Assembly: GCF_000150275.1 (NCBI RefSeq)
Contig: NW_002060952.1
Coordinates: 890,482 to 954,481, forward strand
Source: Trichoplax adhaerens
Taxonomy: Eukaryota; Animalia; Placozoa
Length of the DNA stretch: 64,000 nucleotides
Reading direction: 5' to 3'
Shown piece after piece: positions 1 to 13,459 of this stretch (positions within the stretch are counted from its first letter, which is position 1; each line of letters starts with the position of its first letter). A program made the position numbers and the translations under genes. Under the pieces are notes generated by a model. That model searched no databases. It was not told the DNA's origin and saw only the letters and a list, made by a program, of their open reading frames with translations.

Positions 1-613
1 TCGATTTTCGCTCATTTTTAAGGCGTTCTTCTCTATTTCTAGCCAACGAATTGCCAACGGCTTTATTATGAGTTTTAATACGTCGCCATATTAGCCCATA
101 GCAGAACATGGTGACAATAGCAATAAACCAAAACCAGACAAAATGCATCAATGCAAACCAGATATTGTACTTCCAATTAAAGACTACAATGCATGTTTCA
201 GCAATGGCAAATATCCACAGCGGTGGTATGATATATTTAACTTGGGACCACTGCAAGCGTGCTTTTTCAGGATGTACTATGCCACGATAGCGATCTACAC
301 TAATAATGGCTAACTGCAGTAGAGAGCAAGATACCGCTGACAACGCTACTTCGCCAGCTACAAGAGCAGCCAATGGACGTGGATCCTGAAATAGGCTAAA
401 TAGCGCTAATGGCACTGTGATTGTACAAACTGCAAGATCGGCAATTGCTAAAGAGAGTATAAAACCATTGGTTGCTGTTTTCATATTATGGTTCTTAAAG
501 ATTGCCATGCAGACTAGAATATTGCCAATGGTTCCATAGATGAAAGTAATGGATAGCGTCGGAATAAGGATAATTTTACTAGCTAACGAGATGTTGCCTG
601 CGACTAATACCAT
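1..613 (-). CDS. Rhodopsin-like (class A) GPCR, N-terminus to ICL3; runs off the window's left edge
   Basis: Manual translation from ATG at 613: MVLVAGNISLASKIILIPTLSITFIYGTIGNILVCMAIFKNHNMKTATNGFILSLAIADLAVCTITVP...IISVDRYRGIVHP...PLWIFA...CYGLIWRRIK. It shows TM1 GN, TM2 LAxAD, TM3 DRY, TM4 W and TM5 Y, with no intron in this part. Absent from the ORF track because the stop lies outside the window. Confidence 0.93.
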   Translation of the reverse strand, partial: MVLVAGNISLASKIILIPTLSITFIYGTIGNILVCMAIFKNHNMKTATNGFILSLAIADLAVCTITVPLALFSLFQDPRPLAALVAGEVALSAVSCSLLQLAIISVDRYRGIVHPEKARLQWSQVKYIIPPLWIFAIAETCIVVFNWKYNIWFALMHFVWFWFIAIVTMFCYGLIWRRIKTHNKAVGNSLARNREERLKNERKS

Positions 614-2673
614 GATAAAATACCCAATGAGGTTGGTAGAAGCAAAGGGAATAGATAAGGTGATATAAAATCCAAGGTAGATCTTATTTAATGTTGAATT
701 TACGAAAAATTCTTCAACGGTAAGGATTGCTTGATAATACTATGAATGATAGTTTAATGAAGAAGGCAAATAGTACTTCCAAAACGATTTTACGTAGTTA
801 AAATTGCAATTTTTCAGCTTACGTGAGTGTAGAGTTTAACCTCTTTTAAATATGCAACGGATTGAATAATTTACGTTTGGTAAAAATTGAAATTGTTCGA
901 TACTTGAATCGTCTAGTTGATGCTAATCTCTATTCCCCACGCAAATGACCAGACCAAATCCTTCCTAATAGTTTAGAAAGTTATCATTAACAACCCATTA
1001 GCAATAATAGTACAACATACGAACTGTATTATTATCTTATTTTGCCCAACTTATAATATATTAAATTAAGTTAAAAATTAAGACACAATATAAATGGCAA
1101 ATTGCCTCTTTCTTTAGTCGATTTATATTTAAAATATTAATTAAAACGAGGTCAAATCGGTTTATCTGATAGCTAAAATAAAGAATAAAATTTTAATAGT
1201 AGAAAAGCAACGATTTTAATTCAACATGATATCGGATGAAATTAGAGTATGTTTAACGCTACTTTTCATAGATATAAATGTAAATCAGCTTTCTATATAT
1301 CCCTAGCAATCTTGCAACCATGAAATTTTCTCGGTTTTATACTATCAACTGTGGCAATGATATAGGAATCTACTGAATTAGGACTACATCAGCATAATGT
1401 AACAATTAAAAGTATGCTTGATTTAATTTAGAGAATCGTTAGCTTCACTAAATATTAATTGTAGCAACGACCTTTGTTGATTAACGTAGTTACCTTTTTA
1501 GACCTCAATGCAAAAGTTCTCCTCCTTTTTGTTTTTCATAAACGAACGGAAGGTACCGTAATTGCATTCAGTAAAAATTTTCTTCAAGCGATGATCTTAT
1601 TTATTTATGCAAAATGACATAGTATGAATTTCAAATATTCGCCACCAATGGAGGTAATTTAGCTTTAATTAGTTTAACGAAAAGTCGAATCTTAATATTG
1701 GCGACAAGCAGAAATATAAATTATGGAGATGACATCAAAGTTTTTCAGTGCTTCAGATACTGCAAGAATGAATAACTTTCAGATTATATCTGTTACACTT
1801 TTGATTAAATTTGATGTGATTGCAGTTGGATATACAAGTTGTGAGATAGAAAAGGATCTTTAATAGAAATATCGGGATTACTACCAGAATTGATCTTTTG
1901 GAATTTGAAACAGAATAAAATTACTTTCAGCTAGAATTTCTCTTAGCATTAGCGCAGATCTAGTTCCTTCTTAAACCCACTCGACATCGGATGAAAACTA
2001 AATTTACGGCTGCAATGTTAGCTTAAATAGACTGGCTCATTTGTACTTCCTTATGATTTATTCTGTCGTCATAGTTTTCATAAATCAAATACAACAAAAG
2101 ACTACTCGTGATATTGGCCATGAAAAATAGGTCGATTACTCTTCCATGTTGTAACCAGTTGATATTATTTATAACAATAGTTGAAATCAGGATTGGAATT
2201 CTAACTCTATTACGCCATATTTTAACTATTGTTCCATAGACCAGTTGGTTGATACCACGCGAAAAAAACTTTAGAAGTATCCATAATAACCTTGAATAGG
2301 ATAGAATAACAATAACAACATCACGAAAAAATAACAGGAATTATCAAGGATAGGCGAAACGATTGTTTGTTAAAAGGAAATGGACAGTTCACTTAGTTTA
2401 ATATCGTTACCTGCCCAGGCATTTTGTATACGGAGATACTGTAGAATAAAGTGGACGTGTGGAGACGGAAATGGAATAAAAAACAATGCAGTCAAGATGA
2501 AATATTTCGTCAATATGAATAGTTTTGTCTCGCCTAAAAAATAGACAATTGAAATTTCTCCTTGATATTTTTATCACCTAGGTAAATGCAGGATGGGCCT
2601 GCTACAAATTTAAATATTTAGTTAGTTGTATAAACGAATTCGATTGTAAAAATTGCCATTTCAGCATAGGAAA

Positions 2674-2937
2674 NNNNNNNNNNNNNNNNNNNNNNNNNNN
2701 NNNNNNNNNNNNNNNNNNNNNNNNNNNNNNNNNNNNNNNNNNNNNNNNNNNNNNNNNNNNNNNNNNNNNNNNNNNNNNNNNNNNNNNNNNNNNNNNNNNN
2801 NNNNNNNNNNNNNNNNNNNNNNNNNNNNNNNNNNNNNNNNNNNNNNNNNNNNNNNNNNNNNNNNNNNNNNNNNNNNNNNNNNNNNNNNNNNNNNNNNNNN
2901 NNNNNNNNNNNNNNNNNNNNNNNNNNNNNNNNNNNNN
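2674..2937. other. Assembly gap (264 N)
   Basis: Run of N bases. Confidence 1.
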
Positions 2938-5900
2938 TTGTATCTCAGACAATTGATGGATAATATTTTTATAATTGTAATATTATTAGGAATACCCAAT
3001 CGAACTACTCCTCTGAGAAAATAAAATAGATTAGCATTGTTTTGATGTGAACATTATAACAAGTAAATAAATGTATTTTTCTACCTGTTCTAGTAACATT
3101 AAGGAATACCTATAGTAAACTGGCAGAAGGCAATATAGCCCAGTCCAAATCGTCAACAGTCAGATAAACACTGTCATTTCGATTACTATGGCGCAATAAA
3201 CATTTTACATTTCATGGTTGCCTGTTAAACTTTAATTAATTTTGGCATTTATCGTTTGAAGGGTTCATATTCTTAATAATTGTAATGAATTTAATGATTT
3301 GTTATTTAATTCAAGCACATGGATTAATGTAACTCAGATTGAATCAGTTTTACTAACAAACATTTATTGCACATATCAGCAAGACAAGCTACTCCGCACC
3401 TACATGCACTATTTTTAAGCCTTTATTGTTAGTATGGCACGGTGACTAAAATTGCATCTTTAAGGGTTATTTTAGGAAGAAACTATATTTTTCATTCTTC
3501 ATGTAAGGATAAAAGAAAATTGCAGATCCAGTAATTGTCGAACGTTATTGAATGGAAGAGAATAGCATAAATATAATGTAAATAGACCGAAATACGGAAA
3601 TTAATTGAATAATGTCTATCCTAAATGATGTTTTCGTTTAGGATATTATTGCCATTGACGTTAGAAACGAGGATTGGATTATTCAATGTATACAAGTGCA
3701 ACTAAGATAATTTATTTGGTTCATGTACTGTATGTATAAGAGAATATAATTTGCTATTATTGGCTAAAAAGCGGTAAAAACGTTGGATATGGAGCAGAGT
3801 AAATACTAAAATGAATTTATTACCGGGTGCACTAGCATTCAGTATATGTATTCGTTATCGAAGTTTGCGAGTATAAGCAAATAATAAAAGTAACGCCCTA
3901 ATAAAGAATAATTAATGCAAAAATTAAAACGGACCTAATTGATACCGTATAGGTGTGCGATAATTCCTTTTACAGCCACATGAAATCGAACGTTTGTAAA
4001 TATGATCGGAAAAGAAATCAATTGAAGTTATTGCTACACTTTGCTAATTGTGTGCATATTTTCTATTCGTTGCATTTAAGAGTGTAATAAAAAATAATAG
4101 CAATTTCCATTTATAAAAGCTAAGTGATCATCTTTTCTCGCATTAGAAACACCTCCTATATGGTATATATTCAATAAAAAACGATCCAATTATCGGATCA
4201 CTAAGGAAATATATATGTTAAAATTGAGCCATTTCTTTCTTTAGGAAGACATCTTGATAAAGCAGATAGTTGATATTTCATTAGCTATTATTCAGGCATA
4301 AATATTTAAATAATTTCAAACTGTGGGACAATCTACGTGGTAATAAGAATACAATTACTTTACCAGATGCTAAGCTAAATATAGACCCACAGTTTAGAGA
4401 GAAAATTAAAAAGCGTTAGGATTGGCAACTGGCTACCAGTCAGTCCGAGCATAACTATTTACCATGAATGTGAAGATTTTATGGTTGAAAAGTGTTGTTT
4501 GTATCACTATTAATACACGTTATGGCCAATTTCGGATATTGGCCGCAATCTCTGCCAGTTTACTATTTAGTATAAATATAATGGTGCTATTTATGTCTGA
4601 CCTTTTTTGTATAATTACTCTAGATTATTTTTGTATGTTTGATGATACCTTAATCAATCAAGAATTCTGTTGAAACTAATGCAGTAACGTGAATATTTAT
4701 TTAAATTAGCTTCAAATAAATGTACTATTCTACTGAATCAAGATTTTAAACTTATTGGCATCGTGAAGCAATTATCGCTGTGTGCAAAATATGGTTGCTT
4801 GTAAACAAGTAATATCTAAGTTTATGTGCAAAATGTATCAATTCAAGTATGCGATTATCATTACATAAATTTATAATATTATGGAATACATTAACTTTAG
4901 ATGGATTGATTAATATTAATATCCATCCTAAGTGTAAATAAATCTGAGCAGAATTTATAAGTTATACCAGGACGACGTTAATCAAAATACTGAAATTGAA
5001 AGTTTATCAAATTAAATTATTTAGGATAGAGAATGATTTCAATAAAACACTAGTCAGTATTTTTATCATTTGTAGTCACTAAATTTTTATCCAATTAGGA
5101 TGATCAATACACAATATTCAATGCTTTAATCATAAAATTAGCCGTAAAAGTAATTAAACTGGTTATGCCTAGCCCTTTACTGGTAACGTAACCTCTCATC
5201 TTTCCAAATTATAAAAATAACAGCTAATCTAATAGAAAGTGTACAATGAGCATCACCAAAAACTAATTCGTTCGATGCTTGGATTAATAATTAATTTTCA
5301 TGATGATATTAGATCTAGTTATTCTTTTTTGAAATAATTGTCAGTAGCATAACTGATACTCATATAAATAATTGATGAGTTCTAACTTCATAATGAGAAA
5401 ATTATGCCAATTATGATTATCAATCAACAGAGCAAGTTTAAATTATCAACTTGTATTCTCTTGTTTATCTAAATGTAAAAATTCTTCTAAAGAAATACGA
5501 ATAAATTATCTCATGTTTATAGCTACAATATCTCTAATAAAATTTTAATATCCTAGTCATAGAATTTACATTTCAATTTTGTAGGAATATTTATCTTAAT
5601 GATGATCCCTATAGAATTACAATTTACAAATATGAAAGTAGACTATTAAGCTAGATATCATCGAATTGGAATTTAGATTTCTTGTATTTTGACATAATAC
5701 TATCGATTATCGCACATGTCAGTGAATCTGTTCTAATTCAAGAAAATTTCTAGCTCTAGCGATTAAAAACTGGACTTTCGACGCATATCTATTAGCCACG
5801 TCTTAAGTAATAAAAACATTATTGAAGCTGTCGTGTCTAGATTATCGGATGTTAAAACTTAAATCTATGTAATTAATATTTTAAGGAATCAACAAAGTTA

Positions 5901-8900
5901 TTGATTTCATTTTACTTTTATAATTTAATTAGTACAAGAAAAGAAATTACCATCTCTAGTTCAGGTTTTGACTAGATGTATTGGAAATAGTTAACATCTG
6001 TAAATCGTACTTATTATAGCAGCAACTGCTCAAGTAGTTGTTTTTATTCCAATTAAATTAATCAAAATTTCTACTATTACCCCAGCAATAGAGATCTAGT
6101 ATAGCAAATGTTATTAATATTTGTACTATTTATAAATTAGAAAGAATGTTTGTTTATTATTGATATGAAAACTAACGAAAGTGACAACAGACTCTTCTTT
6201 TTTGCAATATTAGCCACCCTTGAATACCACTGAAGCATTTAATATTTTATGCGTTGGTAGCATGCTTTCTTAGTAATAATGATGTAAATAGGTATGATTT
6301 TAACAGTTTTACAATCCATTAAAAGCACCTTGTATCAACCATGCTTAATTCCAATAAGGAAGTAGACTAGTTGTGAATTAGTCATCGGAAATTTACTGCG
6401 GTACTGCAATGAGAAAGAAATACATCAGTAAATGTTCCGCATGGAAGAATTTAAAATTATGCTCATCATTTATCACATGATGCCTGACTACAACGAATAT
6501 TTTGGGAATATAAACAATATTGAATCCAATTGGTCAAAATTAATAAAATTATGGAGTTAACTTCAGTAGAACTATTTATTACAGCTATACATTTTAAGTA
6601 AAATATGTTGGTTGTATATATGCACAAGTATAAATAAAACAATCATATCCCGTTATCTATAATTATTGTGAGCATATTCTGCTAATATAATCAGCAGAAT
6701 AATTGGCTCACTCATTTCTGGCAGTCAGCGGCCATCTCGTCTCTCTCTTTCTTACGATTAGTGTTTAACTTGAATATTAGCAGTATTACGGCTTCCATTA
6801 ATAAGTCGTATTTGCTAACTTTTTATTCAACTTTACTGTATAGTTGGTGGTACATCATCTTCTTAAGTGTTCAGTCTTATCTTCGTATGCTGTTGAATAA
6901 TTGCCTAGCCAGTTTGTATTAGTATACAACTATGTATATTGCACTATACACTTATACATTGTTTACTAATTCAAGCTAGCTAATCAATTTATTGTATGTT
7001 ATAGTCATTACCATACTGTATAGATATCAACCAGATAGCTTATTTTTGAAGCACATGTCTGTCGAGGAATAATATCACCCATTCCTGAAAAGTATACCGT
7101 ATATCAAGTAAATAAATGCTTTTGGCCTTCCTTTGCTTTATTTTAGATGTTTAAGCCACAGTAAATTTTCTCGTTAATTATTATAACGACATCTATAAAC
7201 TAAGCAAGAGGATGAGCATGTTTGCATTCTCTTGCGCTACGTCAGTAAATTTTGCTGCATAATTTTTTGATGTTACTTTATTATCGGTCTGATAGAAAAT
7301 TGTCTTATCACTTTGTTAGTCATAATTATGAATTAAATAACCAGATAGCTTACATTTAAGTTCGATGAGTAAATGAAATTTGGGAATCAATATCATTAGT
7401 TCTATTTTATAGTGTAAAAGACTCCCTCTTTCTTACGAAAGTAATTAAATTTAATACTGGCAGCTGAAAGATTGCGTTACTTCACATTAATATAGAATAT
7501 TTTATCATTCTATTAATTGTCTATACAGTTGAATAAATCGAAAAATAAACAGAAGACTGTCTATGTTTAATTTTTTAGACTAAATAAAGTCATAGAATAA
7601 TGAATACGATAGCCTGATTCCTTTTGTCTGGTTTTATATTTTTGATGTATATGGTAATAATAAATAATTTCTCTGGAATATTTATTATCGCAACATTTGT
7701 GTATAAATTTGCATGTCAGCTCTACATCCTTTCTATTCATCTAGCATAACAGATAAAGATTGCAAGTTGCCTCTATTTAGACTTATTTTGCTTTTCTCTA
7801 TCCATTTCAATCCAACCTTAGAGTAGGTACAGTTTTAGAAATAAAGAACTAGACAAAGATGAAATTTCTCTTTGAGGATATTTTTCTGTCGAAGTGGTAA
7901 TTAGGAGAGAAAATATCACCTCACAAACAATCAATCTTTTTAAATAATTAGCTTTTTTCGGATCTAAAATAGTTATTCAGTAAAAGCATGGGCAGGTATT
8001 ACTGGACCTTGTTACCAGTAATATACCAAGACAACGATTTATAGGTCATTAAATATCCATTACTTTCACTTCTATGAGTAAACTATAAATCAACAAATAT
8101 TTGAAGCAAATTTTATCACCATTTCTTAGTGTTCTACTCTGTAAACTAGTTATCAATATCAGCACGAGCCGTGCTAGATAGAAGTATAGCAGTATTTGTT
8201 AAAGGCTACAATATGTTTTTAATAATCTTATTATTGGTATATATGAATCCTAATCCTAACTCTAACTTGTAAGCCAAGAATCTTAGTAGTAGAAAGCAGA
8301 TATGCAATGCAATAAATACAGTGAATTACAGAGTAACTCCTATAGAGAAAAAATACTATCATAGATTTGAGGATTATTTTTGAAATCTCACTAACTAGAA
8401 GACTAGATGATAGATATATAGTCTTGGTCGATACTGACTAATAATAGCAGCTAGAATCGAACAGAAGTCAAGATAGCGCTGAATATGAAAAAGGCTAATG
8501 CTTTTTCATTTCTAATGAAATGATCATGTTGTGAACTGCGCTAATTATTCTAGCAGGAACAAACAACAATATTACGTGATTGATTTTATAAATCGTTAAT
8601 GAATTAGCCCTTACATTAAGCGTAAGGTCCAAAAGTTAAAATATTCAATTGATTTAGTTTTAACAATTCTCGAGAAAGTCAATTGATCACCTGATATCCA
8701 ATTCATAATTGGGCGAAATGTAAAGACTAACATTGTTCGAGCTTGAGTTGTGATTTAAACTTAAACTCATTTTTCAATATTACGTTCAACCCTTTACATA
8801 TGATGTACAATAAATATTTCTATCTTGTCTTATCCACCTTAGTTATTGGCAATAGCAACGCTCTGTAGGAATTCTTTTATAATGCAACTTAAAATTTTTG

Positions 8901-10802
8901 TATATAGCTTGGGAAATTTACAGATTTATTCAGTACGATCATGCTAATAACGTGTAAATAAGCGAATATTGTATTTTTACTCCCTTTTCACTTTATATGC
9001 ATGTATAATACAACACATCATATTATATAACTAAAACTGAATGCTGTTTAAATCAAAGCTACTGGTATTATGCGTGTATACCATAATTAACAGTAAATAA
9101 TGAAGCTTGGGAAGAATAGAATAAGAATGAACTTATTCGTTGCTAATGTTCTTTCTCATCATTGTAAAGTACACTGATAACAAATTATCAACTTAAAACA
9201 ATTTAAGCTTAACTAATAGAACTGTAGATGAATAATTGTTAGGAAAGCAATTTTAAAATTATGTTAACTTCACTAAATAGATAACATAGTATGAAAATTA
9301 ATTGCAAAGTTCACATTGACGGAACTAAATTATTTTGCGTCCGAATAATTGTTAACAAATATACTAAGTAAATCGCATATGCCATAAAATAGAAGATAAG
9401 TTATTAATTTTAATCTATCAGGATTCACCACAAAGTATACTGTACATTGTCACTATAGAGTTTTTATGAAATCTCTTGCGAGTATCAGATCAATTATCTA
9501 AGTAGATCACGACTGTTAACTAGCATAACTATCGTGCATAATATACTGCATAAGAAATAGTGGAAGGCTCTTGTATATGTTTTTGTTTTATGTCGATAGC
9601 TTGCTTTATACTTCTAAGCTTATTTTCACAATATTTCATAGCAGATGTGTACATTGTCATATATGATTATATATAACTTTTACGTTAAATGACTCCATAA
9701 TTTCTCGTTTCTAGCCTTGTCTTATTTATTGCTGTATTCAACTACGCATTACAGATGCAAAAAATAACAAAATTTTTTTACATATTAGCTTACCACCGTA
9801 TTTTATTATTACTTCATAGTATTAAACTTGGATGTTTTAAGAAATAGTAACATTAACTGATGATTGGTTTATTATGAGACACTGACACTCTAAATTGCGA
9901 ACATTGCATTCCATAGCTATTAACAATTCCATTTTTGATAAAAGTTATGAATAATAAATTAACTTTTATTCAACGCGGTAACTAAGTGTTTGACCTTCAA
10001 TTAGTTCTAGGTCAACGTCTTGTAATAAATTACGATAATATAATTGAGTATAGTATAGCTAAAGATAAAGCGTTCCAGCTATTCTTAGAACAAACAAGAT
10101 TTATTCTTTAAAGTGAAAATTTTGTTAACATTTGAATACAGGAACTTATATCTTATCTACTAGATGGTTATACATCAAGTTTTAGTTTACAATGCTAGGT
10201 CTAAGTTAAATGAGTAGATACAATGAAAACATTTCTGGTTTCGTGAATATTTAAAAATTAAGCATAATGTTCTGTATTTTCACCTTCTACCTAAGAAGAT
10301 TTTCAGAAAAAGAATAGAAAACACCAGAACCGCAAAGATGTTTAGCTGTCGAAATATTACACTAATAGGTTGATTTTTTTACTACTATATGGATACACAA
10401 AGTTTAAAAGTGATGCAGTTGATCCAATATTGTAAGCAATCAAGATCTATGTGATAAAAGTTGGCTCAAGTTTTGCTATTTGATCAAAAACGTCACACCT
10501 TTCTAAACAATATTGAATTAAAATTATTATTCCGTCTTTCTCATCAGCCACATGATATCATACAACTAATTCCATAAGTAGTTTCCTCTCCTTCTTATTG
10601 TAATCTATGTATTTCGATTATTTTTAATCATAGACCCTTGCCGCTTTAGATTCATTTCTATTGTGCATTAAGACAATATGATGGAAGCTTGATTTATGCA
10701 AGTTTTTATGTTTGTGTGACTAAAATGACAAAATAACAAGGATAATTAATGCAAATTCACATTATAAAATATTTAGAAGGAGCCTTTGTAGGCATGATGG
10801 TG

Positions 10803-10815
10803 GTTCCTTAGCAAC
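10803..10815 (+). promoter_or_regulatory. Putative RFX X-box (GTTCCTTAGCAAC) followed by a CRE-like GACGTCA
   Basis: Matches the RFX palindromic consensus GTYNCY-N-RGYAAC, ~85 bp upstream of the CCDC89-like ATG. Confidence 0.65.
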
Positions 10816-10898
10816 CGACGTCAATGAATTCATGCTGACTTTACAACACTTTATACATTCTATGTTAACCATTCTGGAGTTGGGGAATTTGATTCGTA

Positions 10899-13459
10899 AT
10901 GGCGTCGTTTCCTCGAACGCCGAAGCAACTAAAATCTTCGTCTAGTGCATCCAAGGTAAGTACTGGATAATTCTAGCACTGTTGTAATATTATTGACAAA
11001 CTATGACATCTGTTTATGATATTAAAAATCCATTAAAGTTTAAATGATGGTCAATCAGAACTATTATTTAAACGGCCATCGTCTTGTTTTTTTAATAAGT
11101 ACACTGAAATACTCATCTGATCGGTGATAAATTAATGTACTAGTGAGCTATACGGTACATGCATAGTTCCTATTCTTTCTACATTCTATTGTTTATGACA
11201 TCAGTATGATAGTTTGTCAATTTGTTGTTTTCAACGTTAGTGATTTCTTGATACAAATTTCTCTTAACGTTATTAGCGACGTATTTTTAAAATTTTAAAA
11301 ATACTTTATTAAAATTGATACTATCAATATTTTTAAACAAAAGTAGATACTCTGTTGCGTTGTTACAATATTAACTCTAGGGTTACTAATAGGAGCTATT
11401 CTTAATTCGTTCAATATTTATATGATATAAAATGTAATCATTTATGATTTGGCTAATGCAAGTGATGAATCAAGATATCCTGTACTACCGATATTGATAA
11501 TACAATTTAAACAGATAAATATTCCTTTAAAAATTCCGTTTGATCTTAGCCTAGAAATCTGTACATGATAACAAATTTGATAGGAAAATAGTTTTATTTT
11601 ACAGTCCTTCTTTCCTTTCAATCACATGACAAGATAGGTTATCATCATCTTCAAATAGTAGAAAGCGAATTACATTACTTTTTCAGTTACAAGTGTTCCC
11701 AAGTCTGGTACTCACTGTTAGACTATAATTAAAAAGCAAGAAAGAATTTATAAGCCTTGATTTACTCATACCAACGCATTCATTTATATTGTAGAAGGGT
11801 GAAGTTAGCGAATTACAGACTAGCCTAGATAAATTGCAAGCGCTGTCGCAAGATGATAAATCAGAAAATAACATGTTAAGATCCAGGATTGATCAGCAAT
11901 CAGAATTGATTATGATGTTAAAGCAAAGGGCTGATGAATGTCAAAAGCAGCTAACATTGACAGAAGAGAGTAAAATGAGAGCAGATAATACATTAGAGCA
12001 AGCTAAGAAGTCAATACAATTAGAAAAGGAACGAAAGATGGTAATAGAAAAGCGCTACGGTCAGTTGCAGGAGGAGTACGATCAATTATCTAAAACACGA
12101 GATCATTTTGCGCAAGAAAATGAGCAGCTTAAGATTGATAATCAAAAATTGGTAGCTGAAAATCGTAACTTATTTTCAACGGCTATAAGCGAAAGAGATG
12201 AGAAGATAAACTACTTAAATCGTGAATTGAAAAATTTAACACTTGAATTTGATAAAACTAGCTCGGAATTAAGGTTAGTTTAAGTAAGATTGCATAATAA
12301 TAGCAGTTATATCCCTCGACGTGTTTTCCTATATTTGATATTAAAGTATTATCTTGACATAATGCCATGATAAAGTCAGACTAATGAAAGTAATTAAAAA
12401 TGAATTTGAATTTTATTTAATTAGGAATTTTAGGCTTGAAGCCGCTCGTAATGAAGAGGACCTAAGGAAAGAACTGAACGAATCGAAAAGTAGATTTGTT
12501 ACAGTAAGTGAAGATATCGAAATATATAATAGTCAACTTCAGGCCGAGAAGGAAAGTAATCGGCACGAGATACAAATGGTACAAGAAAGATTAGAAAAGT
12601 ATAAAAAAGACAAGGAAGAATTAACTGAACTTGCTATGAAGCGCGGCAAATTAATCCAGGTGATTATTTTGATTAGAAGTGTTTTAACAACGATGCAGTA
12701 TTCAACTTTTAAGGTTATCCTTCATAATTCCATTTACGAAATGAATATTGTAATAAATGTTACAGTGATGAGAATATAAATCAAAAGTATCGATATATTG
12801 TAAAAAAGATAATCTTTGAACTGTCACTGCATCATATATAGGAAAAACAAGATGAAATATCAAATTTACAGAAACGTTTAGATCATTCTCATCTGGCGAT
12901 TAAAGACCTGGAAATTAAATTCAAGTAGGTTGAAGAGCTTCAATGAATGAAATTATTGACTAACGATTAAAATTATCAGTAGCTAGTGATACGTAGACGT
13001 GATATTAGTAATAATGTGATGGCATAAATGGATGACTACATATACACAAAACAGACGACACGGATAAAATGTAGATAACAAATCTGTTTATTTTCTACTA
13101 GACGTGATGTTGAGGCCGTTTCCACAAATGCTCAAATTGTCAGGTTAAAGAATCAATTAGAAGATAAGGAGCGAAAATTAGTTAAATCTCGTCAAGTAAG
13201 TAATAGATAATGTAACTTTTTGTATCCTGAATTCATATTACGCGATTACTTTTTGTTTTCAATCCAAGACTATATTAAAACTGAATTTTTATTCTGTTTA
13301 TTCAAGATTTGCTGATTAAGTAATTGAATTCAAGGCATAATGTGCATTAATTTTTATTTGTTGTGATAGGAATTTGATACTTACAAGAAGTACTGTGCTA
13401 ATATGTTAAAGAAGGAACGAGATATTAACGCTAAATTACGAAGCCTTGTGGACTGTTGA
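10899..13459 (+). CDS. CCDC89: Coiled-coil domain-containing protein 89-like (6 coding exons)
   Basis: Phase-consistent GT-AG exons 10899-10955, 11795-12273, 12425-12659, 12842-12924, 13102-13195, 13370-13459. Motifs MLRSRIDQQSELIMMLKQRADE and C-terminal YKKYCANMLKKERDINAKLRSL resemble CCDC89; coiled-coil composition throughout. Confidence 0.8.

Noticed and set aside
2602-3024. Three ORFs of over 110 aa in the ORF track
   Set aside because: Artefacts of translating through the N gap
8227-8250. AATCCTAATCCTAACTCTAAC telomere-like run
   Set aside because: Only about three degenerate units; too short to call an interstitial telomere
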